Source: Phycisphaerae bacterium
GTDB taxonomy: Bacteria; Planctomycetota; Phycisphaerae; Sedimentisphaerales; UBA12454
Direction of reading: 5' to 3'
Assembly: GCA_026386845.1 (NCBI GenBank)
Contig: JAPLMW010000028.1
Coordinates: 68,729 to 127,633, forward strand
Length of the DNA: 58,905 bases
Shown: piece after piece, positions 47,771 to 56,204 of the stretch
How positions within the stretch are numbered: position 1 is the stretch's first letter
How the letters are laid out: each line of letters opens with the position of its first letter
Notes under the pieces: model-generated
The model's database searches: none
The model's input: only the letters and a program-made list of their open reading frames with translations
Told to the model about the DNA's origin: nothing
Translations under genes and position numbers: made by a program

Positions 47771-48859
47771 TCACTGTGGTTCTAATTTTTCAAGTATCTT
47801 TTGATTTATCTCGATATTTGCTTTTTTAACCGTATCACCTACTAACTGGTCATATTGCTGGTCAAGATATTTTGTTTTCACCACAGCCTTGATGTTTTCA
47901 TAGGGAAGATAACTGCCGGAAATTTTTGAAATACATTTTACCACATAAACTGTATTTTCAGAAACGGCCAGTTTTAAACTCTGGCCGGGAACCAGTGCCT
48001 TAACCTTTTTAAAGTTTTTGCTGTTGGTAAAAATCTCGCCGAGCCGATCATTGTTGATCTCATCGAATCGGCGGTAAGAAACCTTTATATCCTTTCTATC
48101 AACATACCCTTGCATTATCTGTTCAATACCTCGTCCCCCCTTTATGTTGGAAAGAATTTTTCTGGCCGTCGATTCCAATAGTTCAGCGTTTTTTTTAGGA
48201 TTAGACTGCTCCGTAACTTGTATGGTAACCATCTCAAGTGTTAGCGTTTCCGCCATTTTAAAGATATCACATTTGTGCTCGTCGTAAAATGCTCTTAACT
48301 TTTGTTCAGTTACACCAAATTGTTCCTGCGATAATTTTTCTTTGGCTTGTATTTGCAGGTTGGCCATCCAGTGTCCATAATACTGGAGCTGTGTGTAGCG
48401 GACTGGCCCGTAGATAACCCGTTTTTGCTGCACCGCTTTTTCTCTCTCGCGGTTCAGCTTTTCGAGATTGTCAAGAAAAACAGAATAACTGGTATCCTGG
48501 ATCAGTCCGAGTTCTTTGAATAAGATCTGCTGAACCTTTTCCGAGACGACATGTTCGATCGTTCTTTTGCGAAGTATTGCTTTGGGAGTTGTGCCCTCAC
48601 AATCGTGATCCCAGAAGCCTTTGCCGTAATCCAGATTGTACCGTGTTTTAACATATTCAAACACGCCGGCTCGTTCCTGCTGCATGAACCATCTGAATTC
48701 TTCAATGCTGACTGCGTATCCATTCACAAAGAGAAGGGGCTCTTTATCCGGAGGTGCATCGATTGCTTTTGCTGATAAAAGAATCGATGTCGTAAAAAAC
48801 CATAGAAGAAATATTTGCCTGCAATTATATTTCACGTTTATTTCAAACGGCAAATTCAT
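47771..48859 (-). CDS. Exported SurA/PrsA-like (parvulin-fold) chaperone-like protein
   Basis: Signal peptide; LFVNG..VS.EEF, VTEQKLRAFYDEH, YLPYENIK.VV...Y.....KKANIEIN. Confidence 0.6.
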   Translation of the reverse strand: MNLPFEINVKYNCRQIFLLWFFTTSILLSAKAIDAPPDKEPLLFVNGYAVSIEEFRWFMQQERAGVFEYVKTRYNLDYGKGFWDHDCEGTTPKAILRKRTIEHVVSEKVQQILFKELGLIQDTSYSVFLDNLEKLNREREKAVQQKRVIYGPVRYTQLQYYGHWMANLQIQAKEKLSQEQFGVTEQKLRAFYDEHKCDIFKMAETLTLEMVTIQVTEQSNPKKNAELLESTARKILSNIKGGRGIEQIMQGYVDRKDIKVSYRRFDEINNDRLGEIFTNSKNFKKVKALVPGQSLKLAVSENTVYVVKCISKISGSYLPYENIKAVVKTKYLDQQYDQLVGDTVKKANIEINQKILEKLEPQ

Positions 48860-50571
48860 ATATTTGACAACCAGTTTTCTGCCAGTTTCGAGAAATCAAC
48901 AAAATTAACTCTGCCGCTTTTATCGATATCGCATCCACCGCACCAGTCCGGTGCGATGCAGCTATTGAGCCATTGTCCTGCCAATTCCCGCATATCGTTC
49001 CAGTCCACAATGCCGTCTGTTGCCGCATCTCCGATTATATATTCATTTGCACCTCTGTCGGCTATGCCGTTTATCGGAACTGGATTGCCCCAGTAATCTT
49101 TCCCGCCGTTATTTGCTATCGTCATACCGCTATCGACACATGGAGAATATGGCCGCAGCATATAACCATCTACACTGTCCAATCCTATTCCACCGGTGCC
49201 GGGATTAACAAGATTCGGATCGCTTGTCAGCTTGTTGGGGTCATTCGGCTCGCCTGAAGGATGGTTGCCATAGAAAACGTTGTGGCTGAATATCCGGGTG
49301 GCCCCGCTAAACCACTGATAGCTGGCGGTAGGGCTCATATTGTAGAAAATGTTGTTATAAAAATAATATGTCTTTGTGGTGGTACGCCTGTCGTCGATAA
49401 TCCTCGGCGAAAGATCCGAAGGTATGTACACAGTGTTATTGTAAATATACGTGCTTGTGTTCGCATAATTCATGCAGAAAATGCTGCCCTTGTCATTGCG
49501 GCTGATGTTGTATCTCACAATGACGTTGTCGTCCGCCGCGACAGTGCACTGCCAGAATAAACCGTGATTGTTATTATGGCTGTAACTGTACTGGAAGATA
49601 CAATGAGGACTTTGAAGGTCAGCGTCGTAAAGACTGCCGTCGCCGCCGGTTGTTTTATTAAGATACCCTTCGTTGTATTGAAACACCGTTCCCCGGCAAC
49701 TGCGTGAGAATATCGTATTGCCCGTTAAGGCACGTTCTGCCGTGTCCCAGCAGACATTGTATTCGATAAGACCGGTTTCATCAGTCAGCCGAATTATCAT
49801 CGCATTCTTTGCGACGTCGTTTATTGAGTTGTTACGTATTACAAGGTTTGTTATTTTCCGCTTGTCCCAGGCGGCCGTTCCAGGATAGTCAGACACGGAT
49901 TTCTGGTTGTTAATGGCGATTCCCTGATTGTCAACCGTTGATATCACACAGCCTTCAATGAGAATATCGTTAAACCGTGTGGGCGTGTTAGTATCATCAA
50001 TGGTTTCCACAATTATGCCGCCTGTCCGCTTGCCCTCCATGCTCGTTTCATCAACTATGCCCTTTATGTTATGAATGTAACAATTTCGCACATATAAATG
50101 TTCAACCGTCCCAAAGTTTGATGCGCTTAGATAGACCCCTCTCCGGTCACCTTCAGCGGCATTATAGTCAGTGGTTATCTCGAGGTTATTGATTTCCCAA
50201 TACGACTGGTTGGACAAATAAACCACACCATTGCCCGTGGTGGTGCCGCTATTGATTATCGGTTTTGCGCCGGTGCCGTACATATCAATTACGATGGGAT
50301 TGCCGGATGCGCCGGAGCCAAGGGGATGAAGCTGCGTAGTGCCCGTCCAACTGCCATCTGCCTTGAAAAGGATTTGATCGCCCGCTACAAATGTCGTGAC
50401 GTTGACTTTAGTGAGCGTTTTCCACGGCGTACTCGTACTGGTTCCATTGTTTGTATCGTTTCCATCTACGGAATCCACATAATACGTAACAGCCCGCAAC
50501 GGTGCTGCAGCCATCACAAATACTGCTAAAATCACATATCGTTTAATGACTATTTCAAACGGAAAATTCAT
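48856..50571 (-). CDS. Secreted right-handed beta-helix (pectin-lyase-like fold) enzyme with C-terminal dockerin-like pair
   Basis: Signal peptide; YYVDS..GND...GTS...PWKTL; Asn-ladder repeats; GDAATDGIVDWND...CDIDKSGRVNFVDFSKLAENWL. Confidence 0.8.
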   Translation of the reverse strand: MNFPFEIVIKRYVILAVFVMAAAPLRAVTYYVDSVDGNDTNNGTSTSTPWKTLTKVNVTTFVAGDQILFKADGSWTGTTQLHPLGSGASGNPIVIDMYGTGAKPIINSGTTTGNGVVYLSNQSYWEINNLEITTDYNAAEGDRRGVYLSASNFGTVEHLYVRNCYIHNIKGIVDETSMEGKRTGGIIVETIDDTNTPTRFNDILIEGCVISTVDNQGIAINNQKSVSDYPGTAAWDKRKITNLVIRNNSINDVAKNAMIIRLTDETGLIEYNVCWDTAERALTGNTIFSRSCRGTVFQYNEGYLNKTTGGDGSLYDADLQSPHCIFQYSYSHNNNHGLFWQCTVAADDNVIVRYNISRNDKGSIFCMNYANTSTYIYNNTVYIPSDLSPRIIDDRRTTTKTYYFYNNIFYNMSPTASYQWFSGATRIFSHNVFYGNHPSGEPNDPNKLTSDPNLVNPGTGGIGLDSVDGYMLRPYSPCVDSGMTIANNGGKDYWGNPVPINGIADRGANEYIIGDAATDGIVDWNDMRELAGQWLNSCIAPDWCGGCDIDKSGRVNFVDFSKLAENWLSNI

Positions 50572-50633
50572 ATATTTGACAACCACCTTTCTGCCAGTTT
50601 CGAGAAATCAACAAAATCAACTCGGCCGCTTTT
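50568..50633 (-). pseudogene. Orphan dockerin-tail remnant
   Basis: Intergenic DNA translating KSGRVDFVDFSKLAERWLSNI*, almost identical to the end of the 48856-50571 gene, with the same ATGA overlap. Confidence 0.75.
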
Positions 50634-50717
50634 GACGCAGACCGGTGACAAAAAGATTCGCTCTGCCGCCAAAATGAATTTTTAGAGGTATCCTAATCCT
50701 AAAATATTAAGCGTCCT

Positions 50718-50746
50718 ATTATAGCATACTGGTATTCTTATTGCCA
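50718..50746 (-). promoter_or_regulatory. Possible internal sigma70 promoter
   Basis: TGGCAA-N17-TATAAT with extended TGn on the minus strand. Confidence 0.4.
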
Positions 50747-53665
50747 GCATTCTTCTGCTGGATTGCGGTTGCAGGTCAACCAGTCTTCCGCGAACTGGAG
50801 TATTTCGAGCCAATCGCCGGCCCATACATTCGACAGGATGGCATAATCGAAGAAATTCACCTGACAGTCGCCGTCAATGTCAGAGGCTATCGGAGCAGTA
50901 CAGCTCCATTTCAAAGTTGTAGCGTTTGCATCTGGCGACCAGCCGGTTTCATTGTGATTTTCGCTGAGGTCGCGAGCCTTTACCGTGTATGTATAACTCG
51001 TACTCGGCGACAGGTCTGTATCGGTGTAGTTCGGCTCTGCCTGCCATCCGCTGTTATGGTCGGTAATGGTAGTATTGGCAAAGTAGTACTCAATACCGCT
51101 TATATCTGTTGCTATCGTCGCTGTCATTGTAATAGAACTGCCGCTGGTCGCATTTGGTTCAATTGCCCATGTCATCGGATTAGGCGAAGGCGCGTTGGTA
51201 TCCGGCGGTGCATTTGTTGTGGCTGATGCCGGCGGCGAAGAAGCCGCTGTCTCATTATTGCTTGTACTCAAATCACGCGCCTTTACGGTGTATGTGTACG
51301 TCGTGCTGGGCGACAGGTCTGTATCGGTATATGTCGTACCCGCCTGCCAGCCGCTGTCATGGCCACCACCTGCCGTGCAGGCAAAATAATATTCTACGCC
51401 GCTGATATCTGTAGCGGTTGTCGCCGTCATGGCAATCGAGGTGGGGCCTGTTGAGTGCGGTGTTGTTGCCCAAGTCATAGGATTCGGTGTAGGCGCGTTG
51501 ATATCGGCTAATGTGGCAAAATTCTCGGAAGACCATCCGCCTGTGTTTTGGGCGAGACTGGTATCATGTGCTATTACCTGATAACTGTATGTGCCTGGAT
51601 TAAGACCTGTATCGATATATGTGCTGCTTGCCTGCCAGCCGCTGTCATGCTCGCCGTCTGCAATGCTTGTGAAGTAGTATTCAACGCCGCTGTCATCAGT
51701 TGCGGTAGTAGCGGTCATTGAAATCGAATTACTGCTGACCTGATGCGGCACAACTGCCCACGTCATTGGATTAGGCTGTGGCGGGCTGGTATCCGCCGCC
51801 GTAGTCGCGGAGGCAGGTGTTGAATCCGCGGTTACATTGAGATTTTCGCTGAGGTCGCGAGCCTTCACCGTGTATGTATAACTCGTGCTGGACACCAGAC
51901 CTGTATCAGTATATGTCGCACCGGACTGCCAGCCGCTGTTATGGTCGGCAATGGTGGTATTGGCGAAGTAATACTCCACACCGCTGATATCTGTAGCAGT
52001 TGTTGCCGTCATGGAAATCGAGGTGGGGCCTGTTGAGTGCGGTGTTGTTGCCCACGTCATCGGGTTAGGTGTTGGTGCGTTGGTGTCCGATACTATGGGT
52101 GCCCACTCGTGGGCCCCTCTGTCTGTAAGGCTGTTGTATGGAACACTATTGCCCCAGTAATCCAGTCCGCCATTACCGGCAATCGTCATACCGGAATCTA
52201 TGCAGGGCGAACCTGCCTGCAGCATATAACCATCGACGGTATCAAGACCGATACCGCCGCTGCCCGGATTAACGAGCATCGGATTGCTGGTCAGCTTGTG
52301 CGCATCGCTCGGCTCGCCCGATGGATGCACTCCATAAAACACGTTGTAATTAAATGTTTTAGTCATGCTGCTAAAATCATAGGAGGCACCCGTGTTCAGG
52401 ATGTAGAAGATATTATTATATGCATATATGGTATGCGTAGCCTGTCTGTAATCGAAGAGTAGTTGTGAAGTGGCGGTGTTGGGAATATACACCGTGTTGT
52501 TGTAAATGTAGGAGCTGGCCGTCGCGCCGGAATCGCCGCTGAAAGCGAAAATAATGCCCTTGTCATTGCGGCTTATGTTGTATCGCACAAGAACGTTGCT
52601 GTTTGCGCCATCGGTGGATGGGTATGTCCAGAACAAACCCTGCGTATTGTCATGGCTGTAGCTGTATTGAAAAACGATGCTCGGACTCCGAAGGTCCGCG
52701 TCATAGAGACTGCCGTCATGGTCTGAAGGGGCTGGACCCGCGTTGTTGCCATATCCCTCATTATACTGGAATACAGTGCCCCGGCAACTGGCGGTAAATA
52801 TGGTATTGCCGGAGTCAAGTGTCGCCGTATTGTATAATAAATTATTTTCAACCAGACAGCTCTCATCTGTGTTCCGGATGATCATCGCGTTCTTGGTTAT
52901 GTCACTTATCACGTTGTTCCGTATTATAACGTTGGTCGCCTTCATGGCATTCCATGCAGTAGTCCCAGGATAAACACTGGACGTCCCCTTGACGGCGACG
53001 ATACCCTGATTACGGCATGTTGTAATTGTGTTGTCTTCGATCAGAATATCGTTAAACCGAGTCGTACTGCTCCTGCCTTCCACAAGTATCCCGCCGGTCC
53101 GCTTGGCAGTGGTATCGCTGTCTGACAAGCTGAGTAGACCCTTTATATGGTGAATATAACAGTTTCGCACATAAAGGTGATTAAAAGTCGTCGAGGCGGT
53201 ACTCGCGCCCAAATATATCCCTCTCCTCTCACCATTGTCGGCAGTATAGTCAGTGGTTATTTCAAGGTTATTGATTTCCCAATACGACTGATTATCCAGC
53301 CACACCGTTCCAGTATTTAGCCCAACGGTATTGCCGCTATTGATTATCGGTTTTCCGGCATTCGGGTCGCCGTACATATCGATTATGATGGGGTTGCCGG
53401 ATGAGCCGGAGCCAAGGGGATGAAGCTGTGTGGTGCCTGTCCAACTGCAGCCTGCCTTGAAAAGAAGGCTGTCCCCCGCCGCGAAGGTCTTGGTATTGAC
53501 TTTAGCGAGTGTTTTCCACGCGTTACCTTGGCTGGTTCCACTGTTTGCGTCATTACCGTTCACGGAATCCACATAATACGTAACAGCCTGTAGCTGTGCT
53601 GCCGCCAGTGCGAACACCGCTAAAATAACATATCGTTTAATGACTATTTCAAATGGCAAATTCAT
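50738..53665 (-). CDS. Secreted beta-helix enzyme with four FN3-like repeats and a dockerin-like tail
   Basis: Paralogue of its neighbours; 4 x P.PNPMTW...MTAT.ATD.SG.EYYF...SGWQ...Y.DT.L; SDIDGDCQVNFFDY. Confidence 0.8.
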   Translation of the reverse strand: MNLPFEIVIKRYVILAVFALAAAQLQAVTYYVDSVNGNDANSGTSQGNAWKTLAKVNTKTFAAGDSLLFKAGCSWTGTTQLHPLGSGSSGNPIIIDMYGDPNAGKPIINSGNTVGLNTGTVWLDNQSYWEINNLEITTDYTADNGERRGIYLGASTASTTFNHLYVRNCYIHHIKGLLSLSDSDTTAKRTGGILVEGRSSTTRFNDILIEDNTITTCRNQGIVAVKGTSSVYPGTTAWNAMKATNVIIRNNVISDITKNAMIIRNTDESCLVENNLLYNTATLDSGNTIFTASCRGTVFQYNEGYGNNAGPAPSDHDGSLYDADLRSPSIVFQYSYSHDNTQGLFWTYPSTDGANSNVLVRYNISRNDKGIIFAFSGDSGATASSYIYNNTVYIPNTATSQLLFDYRQATHTIYAYNNIFYILNTGASYDFSSMTKTFNYNVFYGVHPSGEPSDAHKLTSNPMLVNPGSGGIGLDTVDGYMLQAGSPCIDSGMTIAGNGGLDYWGNSVPYNSLTDRGAHEWAPIVSDTNAPTPNPMTWATTPHSTGPTSISMTATTATDISGVEYYFANTTIADHNSGWQSGATYTDTGLVSSTSYTYTVKARDLSENLNVTADSTPASATTAADTSPPQPNPMTWAVVPHQVSSNSISMTATTATDDSGVEYYFTSIADGEHDSGWQASSTYIDTGLNPGTYSYQVIAHDTSLAQNTGGWSSENFATLADINAPTPNPMTWATTPHSTGPTSIAMTATTATDISGVEYYFACTAGGGHDSGWQAGTTYTDTDLSPSTTYTYTVKARDLSTSNNETAASSPPASATTNAPPDTNAPSPNPMTWAIEPNATSGSSITMTATIATDISGIEYYFANTTITDHNSGWQAEPNYTDTDLSPSTSYTYTVKARDLSENHNETGWSPDANATTLKWSCTAPIASDIDGDCQVNFFDYAILSNVWAGDWLEILQFAEDWLTCNRNPAEECWQ
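50920..52087 (-). repeat. Four tandem FN3-like coding repeats of about 100 aa
   Basis: PNPMTW...GVEYYF...SGWQ...YTVKARD repeated, with high DNA identity. Confidence 0.85.
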
Positions 53666-53670
53666 ATATT

Positions 53671-56190
53671 TTACAACCAGTTTTCCGCCAGTTTCGAGAA
53701 ATCAACAAAATCAACTGTGCCGCTTTTATCAATATCGCATCCATTGCACCAATCTGGCGAGCTGCATGTATTGAGCCACTGACCGGCAAATATCTGCATA
53801 TCGTTCCAGTTCACAATGCCGTCCTTTGTCACATCTCCAGGTATATCATCGAATACCTCGATGGTAGCAAACTGTTCGTCGGACCATCCGCCTGTGTTGT
53901 GGGCGAGACTGGTATCACGTGCTCTTACCTGATAACTGTATGTGCCCAGACTAAGACCTGTATCGATATATGTGCTGCTTGCCTGCCAGCCGCTGTCATG
54001 CTCGCTGTCTGCAATGTTTGTGAAGTAGTATTCAACGCCGCTGTCATCAGTTGCGGTAGTAGCTGTCATTGAAATTGCATTACTGCTGACCTGATGCGGC
54101 GTAATTGCCCACGTTATAGGATTAGGCAGTGGCGGGCTGGTATCCGCCGCCGTGGTCGCGGAGGCAGGTGGTGAATCCGCGGTTACATTGAGATTTTCGC
54201 TGAGGTCGCGAGCCTTCACCGTGTATGTATAACTCGTGCTGGGCACCAGACCTGTATCAGTATATGTCGGACTTGCCTGCCAGCCGTTGTTATGTCCGCC
54301 GCCCGCGGTACAGGTGAAGTAGTATTCAACACCACAGGCATCTACAGCGGTTGTCGCCGTCATGGCAATCGAGGTGGGGCTTGTTGAGTGTGGTGGTGTT
54401 GCCCATGTCATCGGGTTCGGCCTCGGCGCAGTTGTATCCGATGGGTCTGTGCCAGGCCACTCATAAAATCCTCTGTCGGTTATGCCATTGTACGGCATTT
54501 CATTGCCCCAGTAGTCAAATCCGCCGTTATTGGCAATGTTCATACCGGAATCTATACAGGGCGAATCCGGCTGAAGTTTATAGCCATCAACGGTATCCAG
54601 ACCAAGTCCAGTTACCACATACAACCAGTTCTTTGCCAGTTTCGAGAAGTCAACAAAATCAACTTGGCCGCTTTTATCAATATCGCATCCGCCGCACCAG
54701 TCCGGTTCGATGCAGCTATTGAGCCATTGACCTGCCAATTCCTGCATATCGCTCCAGTCCACAATGACGTCATTTATCACATCTCCTGGTATATCACCAG
54801 TGCCCGGATTAACGAGCATGGGATCGCTTGTCAACCTGTTGGGATCATCATTGTCATTTGGTTCACCTGAAGGACAGTGGCTGTCGTTATAGAAAACGTT
54901 ATGGCTGAATATCCGGGTGGCCCCGCTAAGAAAGTTGTATGTGGCGGTAGTGCTCATATTGTAGAAAATGTTGTTGTAAAAATAATATGCCTTTGTGGTG
55001 GCTTGCTTGTCGTCGATAATCGTCGGCGAAAGATCCGAAGGTATATACACAGTGTTATTGTAAACATACGTGCTTGTGTTCGCATAACTCATACAAAAAA
55101 TGCGCCCCTTGTCGTTGCGGCTGATGTTGTATCTCACAATGACGTTGTCGTCCGCCGGGTCAGTGCACTGGGTAAACAAACCATCATTGTTATTATGGCT
55201 GTAACTGTACTGGAAGATACACTTGGGGCTTTGCATGTCCGCGTCATAGAGACTGCCGTCTTTGCTGCCGTCGGCTTTATTAAGATACCCTTCGTTGTAT
55301 TGAAACACCGTTCCCCGGCAACTGCGTGAGAATATCGTATTGCCCGTTAAGGCACGTTCTGCCGTGTCCCAGCAGACATTGTATTCGATAAGACCGGTTT
55401 CATCAGTCAGCCGGATTATCATCGCATTCTTTGCAACATCATTTATGGAATTGTTCCGAATAATAACATTCGTAAACTTTCGTCTATCCCAATAAGTCGT
55501 ACCGGGATAATCAGTTGATGCAACCTTGTTGTTCAAGGCGATTCCCTGTTGGTCAACCGTTGATATCACACAGTTTTCAATGAGAATATCGTTAAACCGA
55601 GTAGGCGTCGTATTATCAGCAACGGTTTCCACAACTATGCCGCCGGTCCGTTTGGCTTCAAGGTCACCATCCGTGCCGATTTTGCCCTTTATATTGTGAA
55701 TATAGCAATTTCGCACATATAAATGTTGCACTGTCCCAAAGTTTGATGCGGCAAGATAAATTCCTCTCCTGTCGCCGCCGCTGTTTGCATCATTGATTAC
55801 TTCGAGGTTATTAATCTCCCAATACTTCTGATTGTATAAATAAACCGCGCCATTACCAATTACACCGTTCCCATCAATAATCGGTTTTCCGGCATTTGGG
55901 TCGCCGTACATATCAATAACGATCGGGTTAATAGGAGGACCGGCCGCCCCGGAGCCAAGGGGATGAAGCTGGCCTATCCAGATACCGCCCGCCTTGAAAA
56001 GAAGGTAGTCCCCCGCCGCAAATGTCTTGGCGTTGACTTTAGCGAGTGTTTTCCACGCAGTACCTTCGCTGGTGCCGTTGTATGTATCGTTTCCATCTAC
56101 GGAATCCACATAATACGTAACAGCCTGCAGTTGTGCTGCCGCCAGTGCGAATACCGCTAAAATCACATATCGTTTAATGACTGCACGCAT
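53671..56190 (-). CDS. Secreted beta-helix enzyme with an internal dockerin-like insert, two FN3-like repeats and a C-terminal dockerin-like pair
   Basis: Same signal peptide and beta-helix motifs as the paralogues; dockerin-like pair present twice. Confidence 0.8.
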   Translation of the reverse strand: MRAVIKRYVILAVFALAAAQLQAVTYYVDSVDGNDTYNGTSEGTAWKTLAKVNAKTFAAGDYLLFKAGGIWIGQLHPLGSGAAGPPINPIVIDMYGDPNAGKPIIDGNGVIGNGAVYLYNQKYWEINNLEVINDANSGGDRRGIYLAASNFGTVQHLYVRNCYIHNIKGKIGTDGDLEAKRTGGIVVETVADNTTPTRFNDILIENCVISTVDQQGIALNNKVASTDYPGTTYWDRRKFTNVIIRNNSINDVAKNAMIIRLTDETGLIEYNVCWDTAERALTGNTIFSRSCRGTVFQYNEGYLNKADGSKDGSLYDADMQSPKCIFQYSYSHNNNDGLFTQCTDPADDNVIVRYNISRNDKGRIFCMSYANTSTYVYNNTVYIPSDLSPTIIDDKQATTKAYYFYNNIFYNMSTTATYNFLSGATRIFSHNVFYNDSHCPSGEPNDNDDPNRLTSDPMLVNPGTGDIPGDVINDVIVDWSDMQELAGQWLNSCIEPDWCGGCDIDKSGQVDFVDFSKLAKNWLYVVTGLGLDTVDGYKLQPDSPCIDSGMNIANNGGFDYWGNEMPYNGITDRGFYEWPGTDPSDTTAPRPNPMTWATPPHSTSPTSIAMTATTAVDACGVEYYFTCTAGGGHNNGWQASPTYTDTGLVPSTSYTYTVKARDLSENLNVTADSPPASATTAADTSPPLPNPITWAITPHQVSSNAISMTATTATDDSGVEYYFTNIADSEHDSGWQASSTYIDTGLSLGTYSYQVRARDTSLAHNTGGWSDEQFATIEVFDDIPGDVTKDGIVNWNDMQIFAGQWLNTCSSPDWCNGCDIDKSGTVDFVDFSKLAENWL

Positions 56191-56204
56191 AACTTTATCC
56201 TTAT

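Noticed and set aside
50920-54440. CRISPR array or DGR template/variable repeats
   Set aside because: The repeats are in-frame protein modules of about 300 bp; no spacers, cas genes or reverse transcriptase are seen in the window
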